Part shown: piece after piece, positions 13,260-26,935 of the stretch
Numbering within the stretch: position 1 is the stretch's first letter
How the letters are laid out: each line of letters opens with the position of its first letter
Source of the DNA: Camelus ferus
Lineage: Eukaryota
DNA: 64,000 bases
Direction: 5' to 3'
NCBI RefSeq assembly: GCF_009834535.1
Contig: NC_045696.1
Span: 113,586,001 to 113,650,000 of the forward strand
Made by a program: the position numbers and the translations under genes
Notes under the pieces: generated by a model
Told to the model about the DNA's origin: nothing
The model's input: only the letters and a program-made list of their open reading frames with translations
The model's database searches: none

Positions 13260-13517
13260 TCTTTATATATATATATATTTTTCATTGAAGTATAGTCAAT
13301 TTACAATATGTCAATTTCTGGTATATAGCATAATGCTTCCGTCATACATGAACATACATATATTCATTTTCATATTCTTTTTCACCATAAGTTACTACAA
13401 GATATTGAATATAGTTCCCTGTGCTCTACAGTAGGAACTTGTTTATCTAGTTTTATATATAGTAGTATCTGCAAATCTCGAACTCCCAATTTATCCCTTC
13501 CCACCCCTTCCTCCCAG
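13260..13517 (-). mobile_element. LINE-1 3' end
   Basis: L1 3' UTR. TSD tatagctgctttt at 13244 and 13518. Confidence 0.88.
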
Positions 13518-14173
13518 TATAGCTGCTTTTAAAGCTACATCACAGCTGACAGTCCTAGGAATGTAACCAGACCTAAGAGAAGGCAGGTTGAGAGCAAATA
13601 ACCATGTTTTTAAATCTGAAAAGCAGTGACCTGAGATGTCCATTGACCGCCTCCTAGGGCTGCTTACTTGTGTGTTCTGTCTGGTACATGGTAGCCATGG
13701 TGCACATTTTTTCTAGAAAAAGTCACTGAAAACGTCACTGGACCAGTGCATTTATTCCAAGCGGCTATGAAATTGTTAGATGATTGAAAAATACATATAT
13801 GTATCTTGCAGTAAAATAGGTAATTTAAATAGTAAAATCAATCTGAAATGATGTAAGTCAAGCAAATAATATAATGGGAACTATCTTTTCAAATATCTGA
13901 GCCACATAGACATTGTTTTTTAATTCTACAATGTATTTTTATCATTTTTCTAGCACTGAAAATGAATAAGGTGACATGGTATGATAAACACTTGGAAGTT
14001 GCACAAGACATATCTTTTTGTCGGTGTGATTCCGCCCCCCCCCCCCCCCGCCTTTGGACAATTCACACTGGAGACGATGAAGATTAATCACATAAGGGAA
14101 AACAAGCAGGTAAAAGCAAGTCTCTTCACAGGCACACAGAGGCCCTTTAACCACACCTCCAGGTGGGACTTAC

Positions 14174-14251
14174 TTCTCACCCTGATCTCAGTTCCTTTTA
14201 ATTCAAGCTGTATTCCAACAGTTCAAAGAATCAGTCCATCAAAATAGTAAA
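14174..14251 (-). pseudogene. Possible tail pseudo-exon
   Basis: Acceptor tgctttttctttaag, donor GAA|gtaagt. Confidence 0.35.
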
Positions 14252-14335
14252 CTTAAAGAAAAAGCAATGATCATTTAAAAGCACACAATATGGAAACAGG
14301 ATTTACAATAAAACTCCATGTGTCGGCCAGTATAC

Positions 14336-14482
14336 TGCTATTTCACTTCTTTGCTGGATCTGGTTGAATATTCTAGATTCCTTAGTCCTCCTGTTTGCAA
14401 GAGGTTTAACAAGTGCTTGGTTTTCATGGCCAGAATGAGTATATTTGTCCTGGATTTTCCTACAGCTCTCTTTTGCATTCAG
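14336..14482 (-). pseudogene. Possible tail pseudo-exon (LNAKESCRKIQDKYTHSGHENQALVKP..)
   Basis: Pyrimidine tract + taag, open in phase 0, weak donor. Confidence 0.3.
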
Positions 14483-14719
14483 CTTACAAAATGGATAAAA
14501 GAAGTAGTTAATATAATGGGCAGAATCAATACTCTAGAATTTAGGGACTTTGGAAGCTGTCACCCCAACAGAGCAAAGAGCTCTTTGAAGGCAGGGACTA
14601 TTTTAAATTATATATGTAGCTTTATATTCTCCCTGGATTAAGTAGAGATTGAATGAGAGACAAAAATAGCACCTGGCACCGAAAAAATGATGAGTTACTA
14701 GTTTTGTTAGACCTTAAAA

Positions 14720-15780
14720 ACACCATACACTATTATTAAATACAAAGAGAAAAACGGTAGCTTTACAGTGAAGAAAGCTGGCAGACGCGGCCTGAACCAA
14801 GTGATTGAAGTGGACGTTGTCAGTAAGGGGACAAATGGATGTGATGCACTGAGAAAGCCCGCATCACTTGTGGGGTGTTCTTGCCAAAGGTGCGTAACTT
14901 GAATCTAATCATGAGAAAATATGCGACAGACCCAAATCAAGAGACAGCCTGCGAAACGACAGGCCTAGACTCTTCAAAAATGGCTGTCAGGAAAGACCGC
15001 CCCCCCCAAACCCCTGCCCCAAAAAAAGGACCCGCAGATGATCACACTAAGTGAGGTAAGTCAGACAGAGAAAGACAAAGATCATATGGTATCACTTATA
15101 TGTAGAACCTGAAAAAATGATACAAATGAACTTATTTACAAAACAGAAACAGACTCACAGACATACCAAACAAACTTATGGTTACCAAAGGGAAAAAGGG
15201 AGAGGGATAAATTAGAAGTTTGGGATCTGCAGATACAAACTATTATATGCAATACAGATAGACAACAAGGTCCTAAGGTATAGCACAGAGAACTATATTC
15301 AATAGCTTGTAATAACCTATTGTATAAAAGAATCTGGAAAAAGAACATATATATGTGTATGTGTATATATATAAAACTGAGTCACTTTGCTGGACACCTG
15401 AAGCCGTGACAACATTGTAAATCTATCCTTCAATAAAAAGTAAATTTATACTTCAATAAAAATTAATTTAAAAAAAAACAGGAAAAAAAATTTAAAGGCT
15501 GAGAGACTACTCCAGATTGAAGAAAAGTGAAGAGATGTGACCATTCAATGCATTGTATAATCCTGGACCCTGCACTGGGAGGAAAATTGCCATAAATGAC
15601 ATTGTTGGGAAATTGGCAAAATTTGATTGTGGACTGTAGCTTAGGTAATAATATTGCATTCATTTTAAATTTCCTGAATTTGATAATTTTACTGGAGTTC
15701 TGTAAGATGTCTTTATTCTTAAGAGGACACATGCTGAAATACTTGGTTGGCATAAATGGTTCAGAGAAAGAGAAAAAAAT
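14720..15780 (+). mobile_element. Old L1MC 3' region with a younger L1 3' UTR nested at ~15030-15480
   Basis: ctttacagtgaagaaa..aaccaagtgat motifs. The nested copy reads ctaagtgaggtaagtcagacagagaaagac...poly-A. Confidence 0.8.
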
Positions 15781-15849
15781 AGATAGAGAGTCCCATATAA
15801 TACAGTCTCGAAACATATACAGAATCCCATAAATCTTAGCAGTTATTAA

Positions 15850-16625
15850 CAATTGAGGTGAAATTCACAGGACATAAAACTAACCATGTAAATGTGTACA
15901 ACTGAATGACATTAATAACATCACAGTGCTGTGCAATCAAATCACCACCTCTATCTAGGTTCAAATCATCATCATCTCAAAAGGAATCCTCATACCCATT
16001 AAACAGCCCCTTAATGCTAACACCCTAGCATCCATATTCTGATTTACTTTTTTTTTTTAATGAAAGTACTGGGAATTGAACCCAAGACTTCACATGTGCT
16101 GAGCACGCACTCCCCCACTGAGCTATTACCCTCTGCGATTTACTTTCTACATCTATGGATTTACCTACTCTGGATATTTCATGTAAATGGAATCATGCAA
16201 TATGTGGTCTTTTATGTCTGGTTTCTTTTACCGACTTTAGTGTTTTTGAAGTTCACCCGTATTGTATCAGGAGACTTCATTTCTTTTTATGGCTGACTGA
16301 TAGTCCGTTGTATGTATCTGCCACATTTTGTCCATCTGTTTATCCACTGATGGATACTTGGGTTGTTTCCACCTTTTGGCTCCAGTGGAGAATGCTGCTG
16401 TGTGTCTTTGTGTTCGAGTCCCCATTTTCACTTCTGGTATATACCTAGGTCGTATGATAAGTTTGCTTGCCTCTTTGGTTTCATATTTTAACGGAGGTGC
16501 TGGGGATTGGACCCAGGACCTCCTGCATGCCAAGCACACACTCTACCACTGAGCTACATCCTCCCAGTATGTTTGACTTTTTAAAAAACTGCCAATTTGT
16601 TTTTTCAAAGTGGCTGCATCATTTT
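15850..16625 (-). mobile_element. L1MB-like 3' region with two nested Vic-1-like SINEs (~16048-16132, ~16487-16565)
   Basis: tggatatttcatgtaaatggaatcat; ccactgatggatacttgggttgtttccacc. SINE cores on the minus strand. Confidence 0.8.
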
Positions 16626-17239
16626 ACTATGTGTACTGTTCTTAACAACTCTTCTCAAAGTTTGTAATTATTTCAAAGTCAAAAGTTAAAAAACAAAAAA
16701 AAAGTGTGCACCCAGGTGGAAGGAAAAGGAAACCTAAGTTCAGGGAAGTGGGGGAGTGACCAGAGCTTTATCCAGTCAAGTAAACGCCTGTGAACTGGGA
16801 GGGTTAGAGTGACAGGCAGGGCAGCTCAAGGGGAGATTCCAGAGTGGAAACTTCTGTGAGGGATGACACAGCTTGAAAGTGCTACCTCAGCACTTCCATG
16901 ACCAGAGAGAAACCCAGCCCGGGCAGGCAGAGAGGGCAGAGTGCGCCTCAATTTCCTTGGGGCTCTGGGGGTGCACACACGCATGAATGAGCATGCGCTG
17001 TGAACGCGGCTGTGATAAATGCACATCCGTGGGAAACTGCCATTTTCCTTCCAGAAAGCTGCCTGGCTGCCCGTGGTGCTGGGACCCTCGTATGCCGAAG
17101 GAAGGTAATGTTCACATCCTATGGTTGTTCTGATGGTTAAAGGCCAGCGTGGGTCCTCAAAGACGGCAAAGCACTGATAGACCTTAAGGATGAAAACTAA
17201 AGCCTCTAAGTTCCATTTACATCATGCTTGTTCCTTGCT

Positions 17240-17585
17240 CTTGCCACTCAGAGTGTGGTCACCCCACCAGCCACAGGGAGATCCCCTGGGGCCCCGTGAG
17301 GAATGCAGACTCCCAGGCCCACCCAGCTGGCTGACCCAGAGTCTGCATTTCAACCAGATCGCCGGGTATTTGGCCAGCCCATTAAAGTTTAAGAAGCCCT
17401 GAATTAGTGCAGAGATTCCTAAACTTTCCTGATTTCAACAATCTTCTGGGACTGCTCATTAAAGAATTCAGGTTCCCATGCTCCCCACAGTGGAGATGAA
17501 TTCGATGAACCTGGGGTGAGGCCCTGGAACGTGGATTTTTAACAAGCCTCTGGGTGAGTCTTCTGATCAGATAATTTTGGTAAGC
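17240..17585. mobile_element. MER5A/B hAT-Charlie fragments
   Basis: aatgcagactcccaggccc..ctgcatttcaac; ttttaacaagc..gtgagtcttctgat. Confidence 0.65.
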
Positions 17586-18209
17586 AGTACCTGAAATGCA
17601 TAATTTTAAAGTCAAAGGGGGAAATTGGCCTCCTGGAGAGAGATTGTAAACACTTCTCTGGGAGGTCTCTGAAACACCCTGGCGGTGCAGGAGGGACTGC
17701 CAGCCGGGGAGTCTGACAGCTCTGACGGGCTTGGCTGAGCCTCTGCTCCCTGCTGAACACAAAGTTCTACTTTAATCCTGATACAAGAAAGGGAGCGCTC
17801 TACTCCCGGTTGCTGGGGAGAGGAAACTGAGGCCCAGAGATGGCAGTGGTGGCCCAAGGTCGCCCAGCCAGTATGTAGTGTTGGGACCAGGATCCAGATC
17901 GACTTCCTTCCTTCTACCTGCTGTGATCCAAGGAGCCTGGACCCATCATGTAGACCCGTACAGTGTCAGTGTGCGCCTGCCAAGACCTCGCGCCTGGCTT
18001 CCTTCCACCTTCCTTCCCCTCCTCTGCCTCTGACCCCCGGGGGTGAGGGAACAGAGAGCAGCCCGTTCTTCTGGGCTGGAGGGTTTCCTCTGGTCACTTC
18101 TCTAAACCTCTGTCTCCTTAACTGGAAAATGAGAATGACATTAGTGCAGAGTTAAAGAAAAAGATATTCTTTAATGAAAACACAGTGAGAATTAAGTAGA
18201 AAACACACT

Positions 18210-18850
18210 AAATTTTTTTTACAATTTTTAAAATAAATAATTTTTAGAGCAGTTTCAGGTTTACAGAATATTGAGTAGATAGTACAAAGAGTTCCCATGT
18301 ATTTCTTTCTTGACAGTATCCCTCATTTAAAAAAATTTATTTTTACACAACTTTTAAACGTTACTTTCCATGTACAGTTATTACAAAATATTGACTATAT
18401 TCTCCGTGTTGTACAATACATCCCTGAACCTGTCTTACACCCAATAGTTTGTACCTCCCACTCCCCCACCCGTCTACTGCCCCCTCTTCACTGGTAACCA
18501 CTAGTTTGTTCCCTATATCTGTGAATCTGCTGCTTTTTTCCTTATATTAACTAGTTAGTTGTATTTTTTACATTCCACATATCAGTGATATCATACAGTA
18601 TTTATTTTTCTCTGTCTGACTTATTTTACTCAGCATAATGCCCTCCAAGTCCATCCATGCTGCTACAAAGGGCAAAATCTCGTTCTTTTTCATGGCTGAG
18701 TAGTATTCCATTATATATGTATAGACCACATCTTCTTTATCCATTTATCTGTTGATGGACACTTAGGTTGTTTCCATTTCTTGGCTACTGTAAATAATGC
18801 TGCTGTAAGCACTGGGGTGCACAAATCTTTTCGAATTCATGTTTTTGTAA
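18210..18850 (-). mobile_element. LINE-1 3' region
   Basis: tggctgagtagtattccatt..ctgttgatggacacttaggttg. Confidence 0.85.
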
Positions 18851-19044
18851 AGCATATTACATTTTCTGGTACATAGTGTGTGCTCAATTAACAGTAGCCA
18901 TTTCTGTTTATTATTTCTGCAGCAGTAAACAACATTCAGAGATGGAACCTAAGGAAGAGTTTAGAGTAGGCATAACTCCTCAAAGAGGAACTTTCCCTTA
19001 ATTTTGACCTATGTGTTGGAGTCAGGCAATTTTGGCTCACAAGA

Positions 19045-19505
19045 TGTATTAGTTTCCTGTGGCTTCTGTTATAAATGGATCACCACAAACTTGCTGGCTT
19101 AAAACAACAGAAATTTGTTCTCTCAGTTCCAGAGGTCCAAAGTCCAAAATGGAAACATGGGCAGCCCTGCAGTACCTCCAGGTTCTATAGAGGAGCATCT
19201 TCCTCTGCCTCTCCCAGCTCTGGGGGGCTCCTGGCGCTACCTGACTTCTGGCAGCATAATTCCGGTCTCTGCCTTCGTCCTCACATGCCTTCCTCCCTGT
19301 GTCACTCTGTGTCTTCTCTGCTTCTGTTTCCTGTAAGGACACTGTCAGTCATTGGGTTGAGGGTCCACCAGATAATCCAAGATGATGTCATCAACAAGCC
19401 TTCACTTAATTACATCCTCAAAGACCCTTGTTCCCAATCGGGTCACACTCACAGTTTCCAGGCGTTACAATGTGGGCGGGTATTTCCTGGAGCCACAGTT
19501 CAGTG
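19045..19505 (-). mobile_element. MLT1C/D-type MaLR LTR
   Basis: tgtattagtttcctgtggct..ggcttaaaacaacagaaattt..taatccaagatg..ttaattacatc. Confidence 0.85.
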
Positions 19506-19877
19506 CAGGCGTGGCTGTCCTGCATTTCCCCTGCCCCAGGAGAAAGGTGGTTAGTGGTCGGGGACCGTTGACAGGAAAGGGAACGGGAGAATGGGTCTGC
19601 TCCGTCCTTCCCCAGCTGCCCCTGCTTCCCACCATTTCGCCCTCTCCCTGATTCACGGCCCTCAGCTTTGGATCCCACTGCTGCAGCCTAGGCCCTTCCA
19701 GGTTTCCCAGTTCAAATTCCAAGTGTTGAAAGGTGCTGGCCAGCCTGGGACAGGCTGACCTTAGGTCAGGTAGACACCTGAGGGCTCATGACTCAGAACA
19801 TGACCTCCTAGCCCGCTCCTTCAGCCCTCCTTGCTGGGGCTGGGGAGGGAGTCTCCTTAAAAGGAGGCTATTTGTCC

Positions 19878-20602
19878 ACTATATAGAGGTTCCTTAAAAC
19901 ACTAAAAATAGACTTATCACAGGATCCAGCAATCCCACTACTGGGCATATATCCAGAGAAAACAAATTCAAAAAGAAAAATGCACCCCAGTGTTCAGAAC
20001 AGCACTATTTACAGTAGTCAAGGCATGGGAACAATCTAAATGTCCATTGACAAATGACTGGATAAAAAGTTGTGCTATATATATATATATATATATATAT
20101 ACAGAGAGAGAGAGAGAGAGAGAGAACAGAATACTACTCAGCCATAAAAAGGGGTGAAATAATGCCATTCACAGCAACGTGGATGGACCTAGAGATGATC
20201 ATATTAAGTGAAGTAAGTCAGACAGAGAAAGACAAACATCATATGATGTCACTTAAACGTGGAATCTAAAAACAAAAAAACAAATTTTATTTACAAGCCA
20301 GAAATGGACTTATAGACACAGAAAACAAACTGTGGTTACCAGTGGGGAAAGGGGAGGGAGGGATAGATTTAGGAGTCTGGGGTTAAGAGTTGCACATTAC
20401 GATATGTAAAAGAGATAAACAACAAGGACCTCTTGTACAGCACAGGGAACTATATTCAATTTCTTGTAATGAGCTGTAATGGAAAAGAATCTAAAAAAAT
20501 ACATATGTATGTGTATGTATAACTGAATCACTTTGCTGTACACATGAAACTAATGTTATAAATTGACTATACTTCAGTGAAAAATAAGAATTAAAAAAAA
20601 AA
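19878..20602 (+). mobile_element. LINE-1 3' end with (TA)n(GA)n microsatellite
   Basis: gatccagcaatcccactactgggcatatatccag...poly-A. TSD aagg(a/g)(g/a)gctatttg at 19861 and 20604. Confidence 0.92.
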
Positions 20603-21080
20603 GAAGGGAGCTATTTGAGTAGACCTCTCTTGCATGGAGAATGTGGTGGGTTCCTGGGCTCCACATTGTACCTCACACTGTGTTCCACTTATTGAAACTC
20701 CTTTTTCTAAGGGAGTCACGCTTTGGGGGAGGCATCAGCATGAATCCAGGGGTCACCTTATAAGGGAGGCTGTGATCACAGCAGCCCTACTTAACCATCA
20801 CCACTTTCATTCCTCATTTAATCCTCTTAACAATCCCCCGAGGGGGTCCCTAGCATCAAGAACATCAAGGCTTATAGCAGTTAAATGACTTGCCCAAGGT
20901 CACCTGGCTCCCAAGTACAGTGCCTTCTCCCAGGCAGCTTCTCTGTGGTGGCCATCCTGGCTAATGCCACACCTCAGTCACTGCCTTTGGAGATCAGGTT
21001 AGAGTTCATGCAAAGCCCAGGGCACCGTATGAGAAAAGAGGGCTGAATTTGGGGGAACTCTGATGGGAACGATAACATAC

Positions 21081-21196
21081 CTGAGGATGGAGAGCTGGAG
21101 GACATTGTCCGCTTGTTCCAGCAGAAGTATTTCGAATCTCAAGTTCTTTCACACATTTTTTTCTCTCTTCGAGTATTATCCTTGAGGGTTTGTTGC
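21081..21196 (-). pseudogene. Pseudo-exon, PX-like C-terminal half (S|NKPSRIILEERKKCVKELE[fs]FEILLLEQADNVLQLSIL)
   Basis: Acceptor ttcccctcacatgttttatag, donor CAG|gtatgt. Phase-1 join to the previous exon. Confidence 0.6.
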
Positions 21197-22759
21197 CTAT
21201 AAAACATGTGAGGGGAAATTAATTACAGTTATTTATCCTCCCTCGATCAGGAATGAACCGTGGGGGGCTGTAGCGGAGCACAGAAAGGCCCCCCACGGAG
21301 CTGTGAGAGCCCTGGACATATTCAGAGATGCAGCGACATGGCTTCCGTCCCGGGAATGCGCAGGAGATCCTGCACCAGGAAAGTGATGGGCTGCACCAGG
21401 GACCAGGGCTGGAGGATCCCCTTTGAGGTTTTATCAAGGAGTCTGCCTTCCTTTCTTTGCAGTCTCCCAGGCATGGTTCTTGGTGACCCAGGACCCTCAG
21501 GAAATGACCCTCAGGAAGATTTCTCTTTACCCAATTAACCCCCACCCCCACACACTCTTAATTTTCAGGATAATAATTAATTTGGAAAAGAATGAGGTAA
21601 CCTTTCAATGAATTGTATTTTTAGTGGGCAGCCCTTGCTTGACACAGAAGCATCAGGACCACGATCCAGGCGTCTCCATCACCCTCCTCTGAGATCTGCC
21701 CTTTTTTTTTTTCTTTCTTTTAATGCTTCAAATGCATCTTTGCCAAAGGAGACGTGGACTCCACCCGTCCAGCTCGGGACGTCATTTGGGCCTCTGCAGG
21801 CCTGCTGGGCTCTGCGGCTGGGTGTGCTAAAAATAACTGGAGAGGTTAAAAAGAAAATGTTGAAGCAGATTTAAGGGCTCTTCTGGAAAATGAAACACAG
21901 AAGCTGGGCCCTGGGTGGTTCTATTTAAAGATGAGCATCATCTCAGCCATTCCTGTGGACCTACACGTGAAGACTTTACGTCCTGAGCTGAGCCAGTGGA
22001 GGGCAGGAGCACCTGCTCTGTCCAGGGGCCCCCTTCTCCCACGGGCTCAGCAGAGCAACCGCCGTCCCGAGAGAAAGGCTCAAAGCTGACCACAGCTTGG
22101 CCCTTTAGTTTCACAGGCGTCCCATTGAATCGAGGGAAGCGAAAATAAAGTTTTCTAGGTCAATTTCACAATGTTATCTCCTGTGAAAAGCAAAATCAAT
22201 GAGGCTATGAAAACTTACAGTTAAAGGACTTTTGTGGGGTCCTCCCCCTACTGAGACAGAGAGGGAGAGGAAATCAGACTGCTTTGTTCAAAGCAACAGC
22301 CTACACAAGCTTTTTTTCTTTCTTTCTTTCTTTTCCTTTTTTTAAATTTTTAAACACATCTGGTCTCAATCTTTATACACCAGTGGACAAAAGCAATTAG
22401 ACAGCTCTGCTTCCCATGTCATAATAATGAAAGTCATATATTTTCCATGGCTGTCTCATTTGGTTACCCAGGTCTGCAGAAAGAGCTTAAATGGAATTTA
22501 AAATGCGGGTCTTTGCTTGACAGTACTGTAAGTGACACGAGAGATGAGTGCTTCAGCATCTTCCAGGACCAGGAGAAGAGAAAGGTTAGACGCTACAGGT
22601 GTGTGCTAAGACGTGCCCAGATACCCAGTCTCTCTAACAAGCCCTGGGGGATGGGGATGCGTTATCACACTTGGTTCAGCTTCGGAGAGCTCTCTTGACC
22701 AATCTGTCAGTGGCGGCTACAGGAGCTTTCATATAAGGTGACACTTTGACTCTGTCACT

Positions 22760-23170
22760 GTAGTGGTCAGGTCTCTTTTGGCTGCAAGGGACAGAACTCA
22801 TTACAATCCAGCCTAAGGGAAAAAGAATTGGTTCATATACCGGGGAAATTTAAGAGGATGAATCTGGTCACACAACTGGTTCCAAGGCTTCAAGCAATGC
22901 CATCGACTTTTCCTCTCCCGGAGACGCTCCCAAAATTAGCAGCTCCAAAGAAAGGGTTGCCTCGGTACCAATAGTTCCAGCAATAGTTCTGGAATTAATT
23001 CTCATTGAGTCAGGTGCCCATCCTTAAACTGGTTACAGCTTTAAGTCACTGGTCCGTTGCTGGAGATGGGAATGGGGTCGGCTCCATGAAACTGCAGGAC
23101 TGAGTTTGGGTTGGGGTTGGTTCCCCCAAAGAAAAAGGCGTTTCAGAAGGGGAAATGGATTCAGGATGCC
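22760..23170 (-). mobile_element. Old MLT1(K/L-like) LTR
   Basis: tcttttggctgcaagggacagaact..ggtgcccatccttaaac..gttcccccaaagaaaa. Confidence 0.55.
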
Positions 23171-23184
23171 ATGGCTAGCCCACA

Positions 23185-23935
23185 GGGGACCCTTGTGAAT
23201 TGCAGAGAGGCAGCCCCTCTAGGCTAATGCAGCCTTATGCAGGATGGGCAGATGGTACCCACCTTCCTCTGGGCAGAAAGCAGCCCTAGACGGAGACACA
23301 TGGTTGAGTGAGCAGAGATAAACCCAGGTGTTCCCAGTGCCCACTCGCCTTTTTAGCAGAACACTCTTGCACAGTGTGACAACTGAGCAACTGTAAGGGG
23401 TGGCACTGGTGGGCGGGCAGATGTCCTGATAACCACCTAAAGCCTCTTAAAAGAGATCCCTCGCCCTGAGGGTTCTTGCCTGACAGGCTTAAGCTTCGGC
23501 TTCTGCATGGGACCATATGCATTAGCCATTTTACAACCTCATGTTTGTTCAGCCCTGGCTGTGTGATGTTAAGCCGAGGAGGGAGGAGCCCAGACCCGGT
23601 TTGGTTTCTGGCTCCGTCCCTCACCCCCCGGACGCACCTGCTCCAGTCCTGATGGTTTTTGGATCTTGGCTTCCTCACATGTTGGACAAGAGGACCCGCC
23701 TGAGTGCTTGTCCCTCCCCCTAAAAGTCTCTGTTGGGAAGAAGCCTGGTGGTTTGGGGGTCTTTGCTTTCCTCCCAGTCTGCTTGACACTCACTGCTCGT
23801 GTCCACAAAAACAATTCTTCCTTCTACCTCCCGCCCCCTCCCCACAGATGTGTGAAATTGGCGGTTTTACTGCCTTAGTCAGATCCAACACCTCCAGGGC
23901 GTCCTCAGGTTGTAACCTCCCTCGCTGGTGACACA
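23185..23935 (+). mobile_element. Probable old ERV(L)-type solo LTR
   Basis: LTR-like composition ending ..gtgacaca. Family not recognised. Confidence 0.35.
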
Positions 23936-24734
23936 CAACCCCCCTTGATGCCTGTTAGGCAAATTAGCACCCACTCACCAACCGGGGCCCCTGCAGAAGC
24001 TGGCTGGGGACAAGCTCAGTGTGTCTGAAAGAGTGAAAACGCAAAGCACAGCAGTGGGACTTCTGTCCCCTGGGGCCAGACGCTCACAGCCTCAGCAGAG
24101 GGAGGGCCATCAAACCTGGGGTCTGTAGGGGAGGGAGGGACATGCACCGATACCCCTACTTTACCTGTGGGCCCCAGGAGCCCCTGGGGCAGGGGGCAGA
24201 TGGATTCTCTCATGTTAAGGCGGGCATTTGACACCCCTGTTTGCATTTGCCAATAGCAAATTCCAGTGCCAGCCCAGAACCCCGTGAATATCTTGATGAC
24301 TCTGTTATCAAACAGAAACCACACTTCCTTTTCTGTCCCTCTGCCTGGTCCCACCCACGTAGGCCTGAGGGCGTGAGGGCCGAATGACCAAAGTTAGCCT
24401 CTACCAGAGAGGCTGGGGGAGGGTCTGGGGACTGTGTGACATGTCCTTCAGGGCGAGCTGGTCTGCTTCCCTTCCTCTACTCACCGCCAAGTGGATCTTC
24501 CAAGGCCAATAGAGTGGGGTTAGGCAATGCCTATGGGTGCCACTGGGTGCCAGTAGTGGAGTATTTTGGGGTCTAAAGAACCAGTCACACACACATGGAG
24601 TGTCTTTGAGTCATGCCTCCTGTATCATTCAGTGTCTTCCGGGCATCAGAGCATACCCGGGGACGTGTGGTCGTGACAATGCCTGTATTCACAGAGCACC
24701 ACTCAGTCCTCAGGGCCCGTTTATAGACAGGGTA

Positions 24735-24955
24735 AAACCCAGCAGTCCAGAGCCTGAACTCCTGGACTCAAATCGTCACTTCTCCAGTGACTGAGGAAAC
24801 GGCAATACATGACTTAACCTCCTGGAGCCTCAGCTTGCTTATCTGTGACACGCAGGAGACTCCCGGCCCCTCCCCTCACAAGGCCGGGGAGAGTGCGTTG
24901 CAGTAACCCACATGCAGGTCGCAGCACGTGGGCAGATCGGGTGGTGACTGCCGTC
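24735..24955 (+). mobile_element. MIR
   Basis: gacttaacctcctggagcctcagcttgcttatctgt. Confidence 0.7.
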
Positions 24956-25379
24956 ATGATCCGTGAACCTATTTCAACTGACAGCCCTTTTGAAGTCATT
25001 TTTCTCTTTTGAAGATATTTCCTTCTTCTGATAAGTGAGGAACGTGAGATCAGAAAGTCAAAAACAAGCATAGGGGCTGGGGAGGCCAGGGGGAGAGAAA
25101 GAGATTTGGAACTGGGAGGCAGGGGGGACACAGGCAAGGGTCACCGCAGGGGACAGAGGCTCCCTCTCCACGTGGCTTCGAGTGTCTGGCTGAGTTCAGA
25201 GGAGGGGTCATGACCCACAGGTAACTGGCACGAGACAAGGACATTGACAGAGGACCAACTTACGGAAGGGCCCGAAACATTACAGCAAATAGAGAGGAAA
25301 AGATTTGACTGGCATTTCATCCTGGAGAAAAAAAAAAGATACCAAAATTATGAAAGGAACTTTACCCTCTAACAAAATT

Positions 25380-26095
25380 GAGATTAGGATCTCAGCCATG
25401 TGGTCATTCTGAGAGAAAACAAATTTGAACCTTTTCCCCTGATAAAATCGTGTGCTGTCCTCTGCTTCATCTTTGAGTTTCACATCACATTCGTAAATAG
25501 GCACACTTCTTTTTTTCTGCAAAAATATTTGATGGTCTCATCAATTTTGAAGGCCTTTTCTGAATCCTTGTTATTCACATTATTTCGTCTTACTTCTCCA
25601 TTTTCTCTTTGGTAGCTGTTGACTCGGTCAAGGCTTTGAACAGTCCTGCTAAGTTACTTTCACTGACTTCAGGAAACCCCGCGCCACTGCAAGATTTGTC
25701 ATTTCACCTTCGGAACTGATTTGCATTGAAGCTGAGTTGTAATTTTGGACACTGCTACAAACCACACGGGTGTGGATGTGATGGGTGGGGATGGCTGCTG
25801 GTGTGAAACAGGGAGAGACTGTGTTCTGGTCCATTGGTACAGTTTCATTTTTATGACGACTTTTGTCTCATATGCAAGTCATGGCTGTAGGCGCTTGGGT
25901 AACAACAAATTCTCGGATGACAACCCTACCCTGGGTAGGAATGAAGCACATGGTTTTGATAAACACGAACCTCCATGGCCAAAAATGTGGCTAAAAGCGT
26001 CTTTATATAGGCAATTGCAGTGGGATGAAAGAGGGCAGGAACGTGATGATAGTCACAGGTTGTACATAACACACTGGATAAAATAGGGAACCACT
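25380..26095 (-). mobile_element. Tigger-like (TcMar) DNA transposon remnant
   Basis: Decayed transposase C-terminus-like translation (GAGFPEVSESNLAGLF..KIDETIKYFC) and a terminal (t)agtggttccct. Confidence 0.45.
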
Positions 26096-26169
26096 AGTCC
26101 ATTCTGAGGTAGATACACAGATGACTCAATTGAAAGTCTGATGAGGAATGAAATGTTTACATGGTTTCA

Positions 26170-26935
26170 GTGGTCTCTAGGAAATACTTAGGACAGGGAG
26201 AGAGTCACACTGTTGAAGAGGAGCCTGGAAGACACCGCTTAGCTCAGGGAGCCCAGAGGACATCACCAGCCCTGGGCAAACAGCTGGCGCCCCGCAAGGC
26301 GGGATGCAGCCAGAGGAACCCAGTGTGGCTTCTCTGACAGTCCCGACAAAGGGGCTCTTTTCCTGCCTACATCTAATCAAGGGCAAACATCCAGTCAAAC
26401 TAAAACTGAGGGACCTTCGAGCTAATCTGGATGGTAGTGCCAAGGATAGAAAAGTCAAGGGAAGAACAAGGAGCTGCTCCCAATCGAAGGAGCCTGATGA
26501 CTGATGCCCAGGTGACCTGGAGCTGCATCCTTCTGCTGTGAGGATGACGTGCTAGTGATGGCTGTCAAACCTTGAATGGGGCTTGGAGATCAGGTGGCAG
26601 CAATGTCTGTGTTAATTTCTTAACTTCTCAAAGGATTGGACTCTATAAGTGTGTGGGAAACGCATACTGGAATAGTCAGGGCATCGAGTTTGCGATACAC
26701 TCTCAAATGGTTTGGGAACGAAAATGCTGTTTGGACTAAACTCGCAACTTTTTTTTTTTTTTTTTACTTTTTTTTATTGAGTTATAGTTATTTTACAATG
26801 CTGTGTCAAATTCCAGTGTGGAGCACAATTTTTCAGTTATACATGAACATACATATATTCATTGTCACATTTTTTTTTCCCCTGTGAGCTAAGAACTCGC
26901 AACTCTTCAGTAAGTTTGGGATTGTTTTTTTAAAA
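26170..26935 (+). mobile_element. Old L1MC 3' region with a short nested minus-strand L1 tail (26748-26890)
   Basis: L1MC motifs. TSD aactcgcaact at ~26739 and ~26894. Confidence 0.7.

Noticed and set aside
17055..17104. Plus-strand 50-nt exon-like segment (ttttccttccag..AAG|gtaatg)
   Set aside because: Isolated, with no partner exons or recognisable translation; such sites occur by chance.
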